The position numbers and the translations under genes were made by a program. The notes beneath the pieces are model-generated. The model was given only the letters and a program-made list of their open reading frames with translations. It had not been told where the DNA came from and made no database searches. Shown piece by piece: positions 1 through 12,023 of a DNA stretch of 32,000 nucleotides. This DNA comes from Escherichia marmotae (GTDB lineage: Bacteria > Pseudomonadota > Gammaproteobacteria > Enterobacterales > Enterobacteriaceae): the NCBI RefSeq assembly GCF_002900365.1, contig NZ_CP025979.1:4624236-4656235 (forward strand), read 5' to 3'. The first letter of the stretch is position 1. The number at the start of each line of letters is the position of its first letter.

Positions 1-2
1 CC

Positions 3-635
3 ATTTTTGTCATGCTGGCGATGTATTACGTGATCACGCCGTTTGGTGGCTGGATCAACGGTGGCATTCGCGCCATGTTGACGGCAGCAGGTGAAAAAGG
101 CGCGCTGATGTACGCAATGGGAATTGCCGCAGCAACGGCAATTGACCTGGGGGGGCCAATCAACAAAGCGGCAGGTTTCGTTGCCTTCAGCTTTACGACA
201 GACCACGTACTACCCGTCACCGCGCGTTCTATCGCTATTGTTATTCCGCCGATTGGTCTGGGCCTGGCGACCATTATCGACCGTCGTTTAACCGGCAAAC
301 GCCTGTTCAACGCCCAGCTTTATCCACAGGGCAAAACCGCCATGTTCCTTGCGTTTATGGGTATCAGTGAAGGTGCTATTCCGTTCGCGCTGGAAAGTCC
401 CATCACCGCCATTCCGTCCTATATGGTAGGTGCGATTGTTGGTTCCACCGCCGCTGTCTGGCTGGGTGCAGTGCAGTGGTTCCCGGAATCTGCTATCTGG
501 GCATGGCCGTTGGTTACTAACCTCGGCGTCTATATGGCGGGGATCGCGTTGGGGGCAATCATCACTGCGCTGATGGTGGTGTTCCTGCGTCTGATGATGT
601 TCCGCAAAGGCAAATTGTTAATCGATAGCCTGTAA
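3..635 (+). CDS. fryC: Fructose-like PTS enzyme IIC component, 3' part (5' end off the window)
   Basis: Open frame from the left edge; [18 protein letters not shown]...[10 protein letters not shown] matches the FryC C-terminus; followed by ypdF/ypdE/fryA. Confidence 0.95.
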   Translation: MFVMLAMYYVITPFGGWINGGIRAMLTAAGEKGALMYAMGIAAATAIDLGGPINKAAGFVAFSFTTDHVLPVTARSIAIVIPPIGLGLATIIDRRLTGKRLFNAQLYPQGKTAMFLAFMGISEGAIPFALESPITAIPSYMVGAIVGSTAAVWLGAVQWFPESAIWAWPLVTNLGVYMAGIALGAIITALMVVFLRLMMFRKGKLLIDSL

Positions 636-649
636 GAAGGACAATCCTG

Positions 650-1735
650 ATGACATTACTCGCTTCGCTGCGCGACTGGCTTGCGGAACAACAGCTTGAT
701 GCGGTGCTTCTCTCTTCACGGCAGAACAAGCAGCCACATCTGGGACTCTCCACCGGATCAGGCTATGTGGTGATTAGCTGTGAGAGCGCGCACATTCTGG
801 TGGACTCACGCTATTACGCGGATGTGGAAGCCCGTGCGCAAGGCTACCAGCTACATTTACTCGATGCGGCGCAGACGCTTGCAACCATCGTCAATCAGCT
901 CATTGCCGATGAGCAACTGCAAACGCTTGGTTTTGAAGGCCAGCAGGTGAGTTGGGAAAGCGCACATCGCTGGCAGACTGAACTCAATGCAATGTTGGTC
1001 AGCGCCACGCCGGACGTACTGCGGCAAATCAAAATGCCGGAGGAGGTAGAGAAAATCCGCCTCGCCTGTGGGATTGCCGATCGCGGTGCGCAACATATCC
1101 GCCGGTTTATACAGGCGGGGATGAGCGAGCGTGAGATAGCCGCTGAACTGGAGTGGTTTATGCGCCAGCAGGGCGCGGAAAAAGCCTCTTTTGACACCAT
1201 TGTTGCCAGTGGCTGGCGTGGGGCGCTACCGCACGGCAAGGCCAGCGACAAGATTGTTGCCGCGGGCGAGTTTGTCACTCTCGATTTCGGTGCGCTGTAT
1301 CAGGGCTACTGTTCTGATATGACGCGCACCTTTCTGGTGAATGGCGAAGGGGTGAGCGCCGAATCTCACCCGCTGTTTAACGTGTATCAGATTGTCCTGC
1401 AGGCGCAACTGGCTGCAATCTCTGCGATTCGCCCCGGTGTGCGTTGTCAGCAGGTTGACGACGCCGCGCGTCGGGTGATTACCGAGGCTGGTTATGGCGA
1501 GTATTTCGGTCATAACACCGGTCACGCCATCGGTATTGAAGTGCATGAAGATCCGCGCTTTTCACCGCGGGACAGCACGATGCTCCTGCCAGGTATGTTA
1601 CTGACCGTGGAGCCGGGGATTTATTTGCCAGGGCAAGGGGGCGTGCGCATCGAAGATGTCGTGCTGGTTACCCCGCAAGGCGCAGAAGTGCTGTACGCCA
1701 TGCCGAAAACAGTGTTGCTCACGGGAGAGGCATAA
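650..1735 (+). CDS. ypdF: Xaa-Pro aminopeptidase (M24 family)
   Basis: 361-aa ORF with M24 motifs ([25 protein letters not shown]); operon context. Confidence 0.95.
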   Translation: MTLLASLRDWLAEQQLDAVLLSSRQNKQPHLGLSTGSGYVVISCESAHILVDSRYYADVEARAQGYQLHLLDAAQTLATIVNQLIADEQLQTLGFEGQQVSWESAHRWQTELNAMLVSATPDVLRQIKMPEEVEKIRLACGIADRGAQHIRRFIQAGMSEREIAAELEWFMRQQGAEKASFDTIVASGWRGALPHGKASDKIVAAGEFVTLDFGALYQGYCSDMTRTFLVNGEGVSAESHPLFNVYQIVLQAQLAAISAIRPGVRCQQVDDAARRVITEAGYGEYFGHNTGHAIGIEVHEDPRFSPRDSTMLLPGMLLTVEPGIYLPGQGGVRIEDVVLVTPQGAEVLYAMPKTVLLTGEA

Positions 1736-2772
1736 TGGATTTATCGCTATTAAAAGCGTTGAGCGAGGCAGATGCGATCGCCTCCTCGGAACAGGAAGTG
1801 CGGCAGATCCTGCTGGAGGAAGCGGATCGCCTGCAAAAAAAGGTCCGTTTTGATGGTCTGGGATCGGTGCTGATCCGCCTCAATGAATCGACAGGTCCGA
1901 AGGTGATGATCTGCGCGCATATGGACGAAGTGGGATTTATGGTACGCAGCATCTCCTGTGAGGGTGCTATCGACGTGCTGCCGGTTGGTAATGTGCGCAT
2001 GGCCGCCCGCCAGCTTCAGCCGGTGCGGATCACCACCCGTGAAGAATGCAAAATTCCAGGCCTGCTCGATGGCGAAAGGCAGGGAAATGACGTTAGCGCA
2101 ATGCGCGTGGACATTGGCGCACGTTCTTATGACGAAGTCATGCAGGCGGGAGTTCGTCCGGGCGATCGCGTCACCTTCGATACCACTTTTCAGGTTCTCC
2201 CTCACCAGCGGGTAATGGGCAAAGCCTTTGATGACCGCCTCGGTTGCTACCTGCTGGTGACTTTACTGCGCGAGCTGCACGACGCCGAACTCCCTGTGGA
2301 AGTCTGGCTGGTGGCCAGTTCCAGCGAAGAGGTTGGCTTACGCGGCGGGCAAACCGCCACCCGCGCAGTGTCGCCGGACGTCGCCATTGTGCTGGATACC
2401 GCCTGCTGGGCGAAAAACTTTGATTATGGCGCGGCTAACCATCGCCAGATTGGTAACGGCCCGATGCTGGTGTTAAGTGATAAATCGCTGATTGCGCCGC
2501 CAAAATTCATCGCGTGGATTGAAAGCGTGGCGGCAGAAATTGGTGTGCCGTTGCAGGCGGATATGCTCAGCAACGGCGGCACGGACGGTGGAGCGATTCA
2601 CTTAACCGGCACAGGCATACCCACAGTGGTGATGGGCCCTGCCACCCGCCACGGCCATTGTGCCGCGTCGATTGCCGATTGCCGCGACATTTTGCAAATG
2701 CAGCAACTTTTATCTGCACTTATTCAACGTATTACGCGTGAGACCGTTGTTCAACTGACGGATTTCAGATGA
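1735..2772 (+). CDS. ypdE: M42-family aminopeptidase
   Basis: 345-aa ORF with [20 protein letters not shown] motifs; start overlaps the ypdF stop by 1 nt (TAATG). Confidence 0.95.
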   Translation: MDLSLLKALSEADAIASSEQEVRQILLEEADRLQKKVRFDGLGSVLIRLNESTGPKVMICAHMDEVGFMVRSISCEGAIDVLPVGNVRMAARQLQPVRITTREECKIPGLLDGERQGNDVSAMRVDIGARSYDEVMQAGVRPGDRVTFDTTFQVLPHQRVMGKAFDDRLGCYLLVTLLRELHDAELPVEVWLVASSSEEVGLRGGQTATRAVSPDVAIVLDTACWAKNFDYGAANHRQIGNGPMLVLSDKSLIAPPKFIAWIESVAAEIGVPLQADMLSNGGTDGGAIHLTGTGIPTVVMGPATRHGHCAASIADCRDILQMQQLLSALIQRITRETVVQLTDFR

Positions 2773-2796
2773 TCTCCTGATTAACCCGGAGCGGTT

Positions 2797-5292
2797 ATGT
2801 TAACGATTCAATTTCTTTGCCCTTTGCCTAACGGTCTTCATGCTCGCCCGGCGTGGGAACTTAAAGAACAGTGCAGCCAGTGGCAAAGTGCAGTGACCTT
2901 CATCAACCATCGCCAGAATGCGAAGGCCGATGCAAAAAGCTCGCTGGCACTGATTGGCACCGGAACCTTATTTAATGACAGTTGCAGCCTGAACATTAGC
3001 GGCAGCGATGAAGAGCAGGCGCGGCGCGTGCTGGAAGAATATATCCAGGTGCGCTTTATCGACAGCGACAGCGTCCAGCCGACGCAGGCAGAGCTGATGG
3101 CACATCCGTTACCGCGTTCATTAAGCCGCCTGAATCCAGATTTGTTGTATGGAAATGTGCTGGCGAGCGGTATCGGCATTGGTACACTGACCTTATTACA
3201 GAGCGATAATCTCGACAGTTATCGCGCGATCCCCGCCTGTGCACAAGATTCCACCCGACTGGAACACAGCCTGGCAACGCTTGCCGAGCAACTGAACCAG
3301 CAACTGCGTGAGCGTGACGGCGAAAGCAAAACTATTCTCAGCGCCCATTTGTCACTGATTCAGGATGACGAGTTTTCAGGCAATATCCGTCGGCTGATGG
3401 CTGAACAGCATCAGGGGCTGGGCGCGGCGATCATCAGTAATATGGAACAGGTTTGCGACAAACTTTCTGCCTCTGCCAGCGATTACCTGCGTGAGCGGGT
3501 CAGCGATATCCGCGATATCAGCGAACAGTTGTTACATATCACCTGGCCGGAGCTGAAGCCACGCAATAATCTGGTGCTTGAAAAACCGACCATTCTGGTT
3601 GCTGAGGATTTAACGCCAAGCCAGTTTTTGAGCCTTGATCTAAAAAATCTCGCGGGCATGATTCTGGAGAAAACCGGGCGCACCTCGCATACCCTGATTC
3701 TGGCACGTGCTTCGATGATCCCCGTTCTTAGCGGCCTGCCGCTGGATGCGATAGCATGCTATGCCGGACAACCGGCGGTGCTTGATGCCCAGTGCGGCGT
3801 GCTGGCGATTAATCCTGATGACGCGGTGAGTGGTTATTACCAGGTGGCACAGACGCTGGCGGATAAACGTCAGCAGCAACAAGCACTTGCCGCTGCGCAA
3901 CAGGCGTACTCCCGCGATCACAAGCGTATTGATATTGCTGCGAATATTGGCACTGCTCTGGAAGCACCAGGCGCGTTTGCTAACGGCGCGGAAGGCGTCG
4001 GGCTGTTCCGTACCGAAATGCTGTATATGGATCGCGATAGTGCGCCGGACGAGCAGGAACAGTTTGAAGCCTACCAGCAGGTGTTACTGGCAGCGGGCGA
4101 AAAGCCGATTATCTTCCGTACGATGGACATCGGCGGCGATAAAAGCATTCCTTACCTCAACATTCCCCAGGAAGAGAACCCGTTCCTCGGCTATCGTGCG
4201 GTACGTATTTACCCGGAATTTGCTGGTCTGTTCCGCACTCAACTGCGGGCTATTTTGCGTGCTGCCAGTTTTGGCAACGCGCAGTTGATGATCCCAATGG
4301 TGCACAGCCTCGATCAGATCTTATGGGTAAAGAGTGAGATCCAGAAGGCAATCGTTGAGCTTAAACGCGATGGCCTGCGCCATGCAGAATCGATCCCGCT
4401 TGGGATCATGGTGGAAGTGCCGTCGGTGTGTTACATCATCGACCACTTCTGTGATGAGGTCGATTTCTTCAGTATCGGCTCCAACGATATGACCCAGTAT
4501 TTGTATGCGGTCGATCGTAATAATCCGCGCGTATCGCCGCTGTATAACCCGATTACGCCATCGTTCCTGCGCATGTTGCGGCAGATCATTACCACTGCGC
4601 ATCAGCGGGGCAAATGGGTGGGAATTTGCGGGGAGCTGGGTGGCGAAAGCCGCTATCTGCCGCTACTGCTTGGGCTGGGTCTGGATGAGTTAAGTATGAG
4701 TAGCCCACGCATTCCGGCGGTGAAAAACCAGCTTCGGCAACTGGATAGCGAGGCGTGTCAGGAACTGGCGCGTCAGGCGTGCGAGTGCCGCAGCGCGCAG
4801 GAAATTGAAGCGTTACTCACTGCGTTTACACCGCAAGAAGACGTTCGTCCGCTGCTGGCGCTGGAGAATATCTTCGTTGATCAGACTTTTAGCAATAAAG
4901 AGCAGGCTATTCAGTTCCTGTGCGGCAACCTTGGCGTTAACGGGCGTACTGAGCATCCGTTCGAGCTGGAAGAAGATGTCTGGCAGCGTGAGGAGATTGT
5001 CACCACTGGCGTTGGTTTTGGCGTGGCGATCCCGCACACCAAATCTCAGTGGATCCGCCATTCCAGTATCAGTATTGCCCGCCTGGTGAAACCTGTCGAC
5101 TGGCAGTCAGAGATGGGCGATGTCGAACTGGTGATCATGTTGACGCTGGGCGCTAGCGAAGGAATGAACCATGTGAAAGTCTTTTCGCAACTGGCGCGCA
5201 AACTGGTGAATAAAAACTTCCGCCAATCGCTGTTTGCCGCCAAAGATGCTCAAAGTATTCTGACACTGCTCGAAACAGAGCTAACTTTTTAA
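2797..5292 (+). CDS. fryA: PTS multiphosphoryl transfer protein (HPr, enzyme I and EIIA domains)
   Basis: 831-aa ORF; HPr-like start, GGRTSHTLILAR enzyme I motif, C-terminal EIIA domain. Confidence 0.95.
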   Translation: MLTIQFLCPLPNGLHARPAWELKEQCSQWQSAVTFINHRQNAKADAKSSLALIGTGTLFNDSCSLNISGSDEEQARRVLEEYIQVRFIDSDSVQPTQAELMAHPLPRSLSRLNPDLLYGNVLASGIGIGTLTLLQSDNLDSYRAIPACAQDSTRLEHSLATLAEQLNQQLRERDGESKTILSAHLSLIQDDEFSGNIRRLMAEQHQGLGAAIISNMEQVCDKLSASASDYLRERVSDIRDISEQLLHITWPELKPRNNLVLEKPTILVAEDLTPSQFLSLDLKNLAGMILEKTGRTSHTLILARASMIPVLSGLPLDAIACYAGQPAVLDAQCGVLAINPDDAVSGYYQVAQTLADKRQQQQALAAAQQAYSRDHKRIDIAANIGTALEAPGAFANGAEGVGLFRTEMLYMDRDSAPDEQEQFEAYQQVLLAAGEKPIIFRTMDIGGDKSIPYLNIPQEENPFLGYRAVRIYPEFAGLFRTQLRAILRAASFGNAQLMIPMVHSLDQILWVKSEIQKAIVELKRDGLRHAESIPLGIMVEVPSVCYIIDHFCDEVDFFSIGSNDMTQYLYAVDRNNPRVSPLYNPITPSFLRMLRQIITTAHQRGKWVGICGELGGESRYLPLLLGLGLDELSMSSPRIPAVKNQLRQLDSEACQELARQACECRSAQEIEALLTAFTPQEDVRPLLALENIFVDQTFSNKEQAIQFLCGNLGVNGRTEHPFELEEDVWQREEIVTTGVGFGVAIPHTKSQWIRHSSISIARLVKPVDWQSEMGDVELVIMLTLGASEGMNHVKVFSQLARKLVNKNFRQSLFAAKDAQSILTLLETELTF

Positions 5293-5294
5293 AT

Positions 5295-6152
5295 TTAGCC
5301 CTGAAAACGGGCGCTGTACTCTCCTGGCGTCAGACCAAACTGACGCCGGAAGACGCGACAAAAATAGTCGCTATCCGGAAAGCCGCAGCGTTGTGCTACT
5401 TCATGAATTGACAGGTGGTATTTCTGCAAAATCATCCTCGCCTTCGCCATCCGCACCCAACGCACATACTCGATAAATCGCATCGTCCCATGCAGCGCAA
5501 ACAGTTTTGACAGGTGATTTGGCGTGATATTAAAAAACTGCGCCACATTCTCGCGGGTGAGCGGCTGGGCATAATTATCCTGAACCCAGTTACAAATGCT
5601 GTGATAGAGAAAATCGCCGCGCGGCTGCGAATGACCCGGCGGCATATTTACCACGTTGCGGCAAAGATGCAGCAAACTGAGTACCAACGGTTGAATGATA
5701 TTCTGCTCCAGCGGCGAACGGCTGAGATGGGTGAGGGCGGTGAGTATTGCTTCACCTTCACCGCGTTGCAGGCTGGGAAGCTGGAGCTGGCGAACCGGAT
5801 GTAACAGTGTGGTGGTGCGGCTATCGTAAAACGACAACCCCAGCCATGTTGGTGCAAACACCAGGCTTAACAACATAACAGGTTTGTTGTTGACCGGTAA
5901 ATTAGCCGCGCGCGCCGGAATAAACAGTATTTCCCCTTCCACCATGCGTTGCTGTTTTGCTGCCAGTTGATTGCCGTATTCGCCGCGCAGCACAATATCC
6001 AGCCGGGGGAAATCAATACATAAACTGCCCACCGGCAACGAGGCGGGCTGGCTGGCAAACCAGACGCGCCCCAGTCGCTGTGGGTTAAGCACCAGGCCGC
6101 TGAACAGATCTGCGAAAAATTGTTGATTGGCGGGCAAGCCTGTTGCTTTCAT
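5295..6152 (-). CDS. ypdC: AraC-family transcriptional regulator
   Basis: 285-aa ORF with C-terminal AraC HTH (IHEVAQRCGFPDSDYFCRVFRRQFGLTPGEYS). Confidence 0.93.
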   Translation of the reverse strand: MKATGLPANQQFFADLFSGLVLNPQRLGRVWFASQPASLPVGSLCIDFPRLDIVLRGEYGNQLAAKQQRMVEGEILFIPARAANLPVNNKPVMLLSLVFAPTWLGLSFYDSRTTTLLHPVRQLQLPSLQRGEGEAILTALTHLSRSPLEQNIIQPLVLSLLHLCRNVVNMPPGHSQPRGDFLYHSICNWVQDNYAQPLTRENVAQFFNITPNHLSKLFALHGTMRFIEYVRWVRMAKARMILQKYHLSIHEVAQRCGFPDSDYFCRVFRRQFGLTPGEYSARFQG

Positions 6153-6165
6153 GGATATCCCCGAT

Positions 6166-6900
6166 TTATAGATGCATTAATTGTCTGAATTCTTTAACTT
6201 TGCTGCGGCTGACAGGCACTTCAAAATCCAGATCTTTCAGTCGCAGAATGTAGGTGTTATTAAACCACGGTTCGATTTCGCGGATTTTGTTCAGATTGAC
6301 ACAAAATGAGCGATGGCAGCGGAAAAAATGCGACGGCGGCAATTTGCTGCAAAACTCGGTGATGTTCATCGGCATCACGTAGGATTCACGCCGCGTATAG
6401 ACAAAGGTCATTTTTTCGTGCGCTTCGGCGTAATAGATATCATTAATTGGCGTGACGATAATTCGCTCATCTTTCACCAGATTAATGGTGTCATTCTCCC
6501 GCGTTACTGTTACCGCAGGCGTACTGCTGGTTTGCTGTTGCTGCCAGGCCGCTTCCAGTTTTTGTAGCATCCCGGTGATGCGTGATTCCTGATACGGTTT
6601 GAGAATGTAGTCAAACGCCTCCAGTTCAAACGCTTCTACCGCATGTTCTTTCCACGCGGTGATAAACACAATAAACGGTTTATGGGCGAACTGGCTGATG
6701 TTTTGCGCCAGCAGCACGCCATCCAGCGACGGAATATTGATATCCAGAAAAATGGCGTCGACGCGGTTATGTTGCAAAAACTTCAACACGTCCAGACCGT
6801 CGTCAAAGGTGCCGACAATCTCCATCTGGCTATGCTCTTTAATTAGCCAGCTCAGTTCCTGTTGCGCCAGGAATTCGTCTTCAACAATGATGACTTTCAC
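6166..6900 (-). CDS. ypdB: LytTR-type response regulator
   Basis: MKVIIVEDEFLAQQELSWLI... receiver plus LytTR domain. GTG start at 6898-6900 gives 244 aa; the supplied track extends to 6918. Confidence 0.94.
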   Translation of the reverse strand: MKVIIVEDEFLAQQELSWLIKEHSQMEIVGTFDDGLDVLKFLQHNRVDAIFLDINIPSLDGVLLAQNISQFAHKPFIVFITAWKEHAVEAFELEAFDYILKPYQESRITGMLQKLEAAWQQQQTSSTPAVTVTRENDTINLVKDERIIVTPINDIYYAEAHEKMTFVYTRRESYVMPMNITEFCSKLPPSHFFRCHRSFCVNLNKIREIEPWFNNTYILRLKDLDFEVPVSRSKVKEFRQLMHL

Positions 6901-6914
6901 AATATCACTCCGGC

Positions 6915-8612
6915 TCAAAGCAATAACGTAGCCTGTGAGGCGACAGGGGTGCGTTGGTTAGGAATGTAAAACGCAATTTCCGTTCCGGGTTCCAGACGGC
7001 GGATATGCAGCCCCTCGCCATACAATAACTTCACGCGATGATGCACATTCAACAGGCCTATTTTATTACCTGGCATTTCGTTCGCTTCGACTCGTTCAAT
7101 CACTTGTGGATCGATGCCGTGCCCGGTATCTCTGACCGCAATGCGGACCCGATTACCGCACTCTGCGACGCTAATAGTTACAACACCTTTTCCTTTACAG
7201 GGTTGAATGCCGTGGACAATGGCGTTCTCCACCAACGGCTGAATCAGCAGGCTGGGAATACAGCAATTCACCTCTTCATCAATATCATAGATAACCGTCA
7301 GCTTGTCACCAAAGCGGGCCTGCTCAATGGCGATATAGTCTTTGATTTGATATAGCTCTTTTTTAATATCGATTTGCTCATCGTCTTTTAATTCAATGTT
7401 ATAGCGCAGATAACGCGACAGATTAAAGATCAACTGGCGAGCGGTATCTGGATTCAGACGAATCGATGAGGAGATTGCGTTCAGTGCGTTAAACAGGAAA
7501 TGGGGATTAATTTTACTTTGCAGGGCGCGAAGCTCTGCCTTATTTGCCATTTCACGTAACTGCTCGGCACGGGAAACCTCCAGTTGGGTGGAGATAATTT
7601 GCGACAGTCCTACCGCCATCTCCTGTAATGAGGACGTAATCTGGTGCGCGTGGCAGTAGTAAATTTTCAGCGTTCCGGTCACAACGCCTTTCTCCCACAA
7701 TGGGATCACCAGCATCGAGTGGATTTCCGGTGTGCGGTGGGCTTCATCATTGTTTTTAATGATGATTTTCCCATAATTCATCGCCTGACGCGTCGTTGGG
7801 CTAATGAAGTCATCGCCATTCTGGTAGTTATGCTCGCCCACACCGACATAGGCCAGTACATGCTCGGTATTGGTAATTGCCACCGCGTCGGCGTGAATGT
7901 CGTCACGGATAATTTCACAGACTTTACGTAACGATTCGCTATTCACGTGACGAAACAGCGGCAGGGTTTTATTGGCAATATCCAGCGCCAGCTTGGCCTG
8001 CCGCGCAGCGCTGGCCTCTTTTTCGCCTTCAACGCTTTGCACCAGCAGTACAATAAAGCCGATACAGACACTGCCGAGGATCATCGGAATCCCGATTTTG
8101 GAGACGATATCCAGCCCCAGCTCGGTAGTTGGTGCCCAGACAATCACCAGAATCATGGTTAGTGTTTCGCAGAGCATACCGCCCAGAATACCGACGCGCC
8201 AACGCTGCGCTTTGGGGATTTTCAGGTTAATCCAGCCAGAAATACAGCCCGCCAGAATACTGGTGATAAAGCAGGGGATCGCCGTCACGCCTCCAATATC
8301 AATAAGATAGCGGTGAATCCCGGCTATTACGCCGGTAATGATGCCCACCCACGGGCCAAATAAAATCCCGCCTGACATTACCGCAATAATACGCACGTTA
8401 ACCAGTGAGCCTTCCACCGGCACGCCGGACCAGGTGCTGAACAGGGCGAACAACGAGAAAATGGCGGTAACGGCAAGCAACTCTTTTGGTGAGTGCGCCG
8501 ACTTGTGTAACAACTCGCGAAACAGGCGGATACGAATAAGGAAGAACAGGCAGATAAGCATTAACGCTGCCCGATCGAAGACCGCCAGCAGCATGTTGAA
8601 TATTTCGTGCAC
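6915..8612 (-). CDS. ypdA: LytS-type sensor histidine kinase
   Basis: 565-aa membrane kinase; [20 protein letters not shown]-box, [12 protein letters not shown] motif; upstream of ypdB. Confidence 0.95.
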   Translation of the reverse strand: MHEIFNMLLAVFDRAALMLICLFFLIRIRLFRELLHKSAHSPKELLAVTAIFSLFALFSTWSGVPVEGSLVNVRIIAVMSGGILFGPWVGIITGVIAGIHRYLIDIGGVTAIPCFITSILAGCISGWINLKIPKAQRWRVGILGGMLCETLTMILVIVWAPTTELGLDIVSKIGIPMILGSVCIGFIVLLVQSVEGEKEASAARQAKLALDIANKTLPLFRHVNSESLRKVCEIIRDDIHADAVAITNTEHVLAYVGVGEHNYQNGDDFISPTTRQAMNYGKIIIKNNDEAHRTPEIHSMLVIPLWEKGVVTGTLKIYYCHAHQITSSLQEMAVGLSQIISTQLEVSRAEQLREMANKAELRALQSKINPHFLFNALNAISSSIRLNPDTARQLIFNLSRYLRYNIELKDDEQIDIKKELYQIKDYIAIEQARFGDKLTVIYDIDEEVNCCIPSLLIQPLVENAIVHGIQPCKGKGVVTISVAECGNRVRIAVRDTGHGIDPQVIERVEANEMPGNKIGLLNVHHRVKLLYGEGLHIRRLEPGTEIAFYIPNQRTPVASQATLLL

Positions 8613-8988
8613 GGGTAACTCTGGATAAGGATTAAACCTCTATGATAGGTAACCTGAGGGCTGATGACCAGCAGACCATTTTTGAGGAAAAACCACAGAT
8701 TTAAAAGGGGATTGTCAGGTAAATGGTGCATTGGCAATACATATCTTGATAATGCACATCAGGTTGGTAAATTTATTGAAATTATAATGTTAATTAATGT
8801 GGTGGTGTTTTCTTGGGAAAAGGTGAGAATTTCCTGTTTTATTACTGATGTTCCTCTTTTATGGCAGCAAAAATTTTTTTGCTAAAACGCTCGACAGACA
8901 GATTTTATTCAGGCTATTTTCAAAACAACCACCTATCGTGGTAGCGTCGCTCGGACGGTCCGGGCGCTCACGTTAATCTGAGGAAATT

Positions 8989-10227
8989 ATGGCTGACACT
9001 CGCCCTGAACGTCGCTTTACGCGTATTGATCGTCTCCCGCCTTACGTTTTTAACATTACCGCTGAACTGAAAATGGCTGCGCGTCGGCGTGGCGAAGATA
9101 TTATCGATTTCAGTATGGGTAACCCTGACGGCGCAACTCCGCCGCATATTGTTGAAAAGTTATGCACTGTAGCACAGCGCCCGGATACGCACGGTTACTC
9201 CACTTCACGCGGCATTCCACGGTTACGTCGCGCCATTTCTCGCTGGTATCAGGATCGCTACGACGTTGAAATCGACCCGGAATCAGAAGCCATCGTCACC
9301 ATTGGCTCGAAAGAGGGGCTGGCGCACCTGATGCTGGCGACGCTGGATCACGGTGACACGGTGCTGGTGCCTAATCCCAGCTACCCGATTCATATCTACG
9401 GTGCGGTGATTGCCGGGGCGCAGGTACGTTCAGTACCGCTGGTGGAGGGTGTTGATTTTTTCAATGAACTGGAACGTGCTATTCGCGAGAGTTATCCGAA
9501 ACCGAAGATGATGATCCTCGGCTTCCCGTCGAACCCAACCGCGCAATGCGTGGAACTGGAGTTCTTCGAAAAGGTTGTTGCGCTGGCGAAACGCTACGAT
9601 GTGCTGGTGGTTCATGACCTGGCTTATGCCGATATCGTCTACGATGGCTGGAAAGCGCCGTCAATTATGCAGGTTCCGGGCGCACGCGACGTAGCGGTCG
9701 AGTTCTTTACGCTGTCGAAAAGTTACAACATGGCAGGCTGGCGTATCGGCTTTATGGTTGGCAACAAAACGCTGGTCAGCGCGTTGGCACGCATCAAAAG
9801 CTATCACGATTACGGCACCTTTACACCGTTGCAGGTGGCGGCTATTGCGGCGCTGGAAGGCGATCAGCAGTGTGTGCGCGACATTGCCGAACAGTATAAG
9901 CGCCGTCGCGATGTGCTGGTAAAAGGGCTGCATGAAGCGGGCTGGATGGTCGAAATACCGAAAGCCTCAATGTATGTTTGGGCAAAAATCCCGGAACCAT
10001 ATGCAGCGATGGGCTCTCTGGAATTTGCCAAAAAGCTGCTCAATGAAGCGAAGGTTTGCGTCTCGCCGGGTATCGGTTTTGGTGACTACGGTGACACCCA
10101 TGTACGCTTTGCGTTAATTGAAAACCGTGACCGCATTCGTCAGGCTGTCAGAGGTATCAAAGCAATGTTCCGCGCTGATGGCTTACTGCCAGCCAGCAGT
10201 AAACATATTCACGAAAACGGCGAATAA
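8989..10227 (+). CDS. alaC: Alanine aminotransferase (class I/II PLP-dependent)
   Basis: 412-aa ORF with [16 protein letters not shown]-lysine motif; K-12 gene order. Confidence 0.96.
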   Translation: MADTRPERRFTRIDRLPPYVFNITAELKMAARRRGEDIIDFSMGNPDGATPPHIVEKLCTVAQRPDTHGYSTSRGIPRLRRAISRWYQDRYDVEIDPESEAIVTIGSKEGLAHLMLATLDHGDTVLVPNPSYPIHIYGAVIAGAQVRSVPLVEGVDFFNELERAIRESYPKPKMMILGFPSNPTAQCVELEFFEKVVALAKRYDVLVVHDLAYADIVYDGWKAPSIMQVPGARDVAVEFFTLSKSYNMAGWRIGFMVGNKTLVSALARIKSYHDYGTFTPLQVAAIAALEGDQQCVRDIAEQYKRRRDVLVKGLHEAGWMVEIPKASMYVWAKIPEPYAAMGSLEFAKKLLNEAKVCVSPGIGFGDYGDTHVRFALIENRDRIRQAVRGIKAMFRADGLLPASSKHIHENGE

Positions 10228-10243
10228 ATGTATTCTCAGAAAA

Positions 10244-10273
10244 GCAAACAGGAGCCAGACGGCTCCTGTTTTT
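10244..10273 (+). terminator. Intrinsic terminator after alaC
   Basis: AACAGGAGCC-AGAC-GGCTCCTGTT followed by TTT; 10-bp perfect stem 17 nt past the alaC stop. Confidence 0.85.
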
Positions 10274-10290
10274 CATTGCACAGTTTGCTT

Positions 10291-10362
10291 TTAGATCATC
10301 AGGGCAAAAGTACCGGCCCAAACGATGACCATAAAAGAAATGCCCATAAAGAAATATTTCAC
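10291..10362 (-). CDS. ypdK: Small membrane protein, 23 aa
   Basis: GTG-start ORF MKYFFMGISFMVIVWAGTFALMI*, GGAGAG ribosome-binding site upstream; matches YpdK. Missing from the track because of length. Confidence 0.88.
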   Translation of the reverse strand: MKYFFMGISFMVIVWAGTFALMI

Positions 10363-10717
10363 TTTACATCTCTCCGCGTAATTACTGTTACGCCTGAATG
10401 ACTTCACTACATCTGGTACAGTGAGTTGACACCGGGCAAAACGACCTTAAAAGTCCTCAGCTTTGCCGTGGGCATCATCCCAGAATTCTGAGCTGATTTG
10501 CTCGAGACGGCGCTAATGTACGCCTAAAACTAAATTGAAACAAGTGGCATTTTCTTATTTACTTTTAGTAACTTACGAGTGTCTCATATCGACGACAGTT
10601 TAATTTCTGCCAGTAATAATTCACGATTTAGCGAAGGGAAAAGCCTTAAGAAAAAAGCCATAAAAACCATTGAGTTATTGTGGCTAATTTGAAGAGGGAA
10701 AGAGAACGGGTCGTTTG

Positions 10718-11638
10718 TTAAACGTATAACGACGCTTCACCCACCGGACGTGTTTTGAAGCGGCGGTGGATCCAGAGATATTGCTCCGGTGCACGCATAA
10801 TCTCTTTCTCAATAACCTTGTTCATATAAGCGGCAGCCTGACATTCATCAGTCGGGTAACCTTCCATTTCTGGGGTGATATACAAACGGTATCCGCTGTA
10901 ATCGGCTTTTCGAACCATTGTCACAGTCAACATGGCGGAACCTGAAAGGCGAGACAATACGTAGGTGCCATTGGTTGTTGCGACATTTTCTACCGCAAAG
11001 AACGGGGCGAAGGAGCTACCCTTACGACCATAATCCTGGTCGGGGGCAAACCATACGGCTTCACCTTTTTTCAAAGCGCCGACAATACCGCGCAGATTAT
11101 TTCTGCCGATCATCGCTTTGTTAGAGCGCATGCGACCACGAGTCTGCACCCATTCCATCAACTGGTTATTATGCGGACGATAAGTTGCCATCATTGGCTG
11201 GCAAAGTCCCATTACGCGGCCACCCAGTTCCAGCGACATAAAATGTACGCCGACGACCATTACGCCACGATTTTGCATTTGTGCGCGTTGCAGGTTATCC
11301 AGGCCTTCGACATCAAACCACTTACGCACGCGACGATCGGGCCAGAACCACGCCATTCCGGTTTCAACCAGCGCCATACCAAGCGAGCGAAAGTTTTCGG
11401 CAATGATCTTCTCGCGTTCTTCAGAAGAATGCTGCGGGAAACAAAGTTCAAGGTTTTTACGCGCGATGGATTCGCGACGTTTCAGAAATGGTCTGGCCAT
11501 CGTGCCGATACGTGTGCCAAGAAAGCACAGAACAGGATAAGGAAGTTGTACCCAAAGCCAGAGTACGCCAAGACCAAACCACGTGAGCCAGTAGCGAGGA
11601 TGGAGAAACTCGCGGGAAAATTTGCGTTGTGGAAACAT
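10718..11638 (-). CDS. lpxP: Lipid A palmitoleoyltransferase (cold-induced)
   Basis: 306-aa LpxL/LpxP family protein starting MFPQRKFSREFLHPRYWLTWFGLG. Confidence 0.95.
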   Translation of the reverse strand: MFPQRKFSREFLHPRYWLTWFGLGVLWLWVQLPYPVLCFLGTRIGTMARPFLKRRESIARKNLELCFPQHSSEEREKIIAENFRSLGMALVETGMAWFWPDRRVRKWFDVEGLDNLQRAQMQNRGVMVVGVHFMSLELGGRVMGLCQPMMATYRPHNNQLMEWVQTRGRMRSNKAMIGRNNLRGIVGALKKGEAVWFAPDQDYGRKGSSFAPFFAVENVATTNGTYVLSRLSGSAMLTVTMVRKADYSGYRLYITPEMEGYPTDECQAAAYMNKVIEKEIMRAPEQYLWIHRRFKTRPVGEASLYV

Positions 11639-12023
11639 AGTTACCTTCTGTAGATACTAATTGTTGTATCGCAGAAGATTCCATGTCGACAGCGGTACAC
11701 TCAATATATTAGGCCATCATGTACGACAATGGTTCCTGTAAAGAGTGTTAAGACTAGCCAGGACAAAACCACGAGGAGCATGAATGCGGTACTTCTACTG
11801 TAACACTGGCAGATCGTTTTCAGCCACTTTTTATTAATCATGCTGAATAAATATTTTTCCACCTGACAAAGAACCGTTTGTAACACCTTGTTTTAACTCC
11901 ACCGCTGGTCGGGTAAGAGAAGAATGTTGATAAATTGTTGCATAAATTGCAAGTATATAAGAATTGTCTTACTATAAAAGTAACTGAAGTTACAGGTTTT
12001 TTAGCACGGCAGGAGGTTGAGCT

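Noticed and set aside
857-5243. Many antisense or overlapping ORFs in the track (for example 857-1096 -, 1226-1546 -, 1750-2205 -, 2838-3179 -, 4084-4305 -, 4321-4602 -).
   Set aside because: They lie opposite well-supported host genes, have no recognisable family, and reflect high-GC coding strands.
8664-8885. 73-aa minus-strand ORF between ypdA and alaC.
   Set aside because: Low-complexity intergenic translation with no supporting family or good start; the region is more likely promoter and leader DNA.
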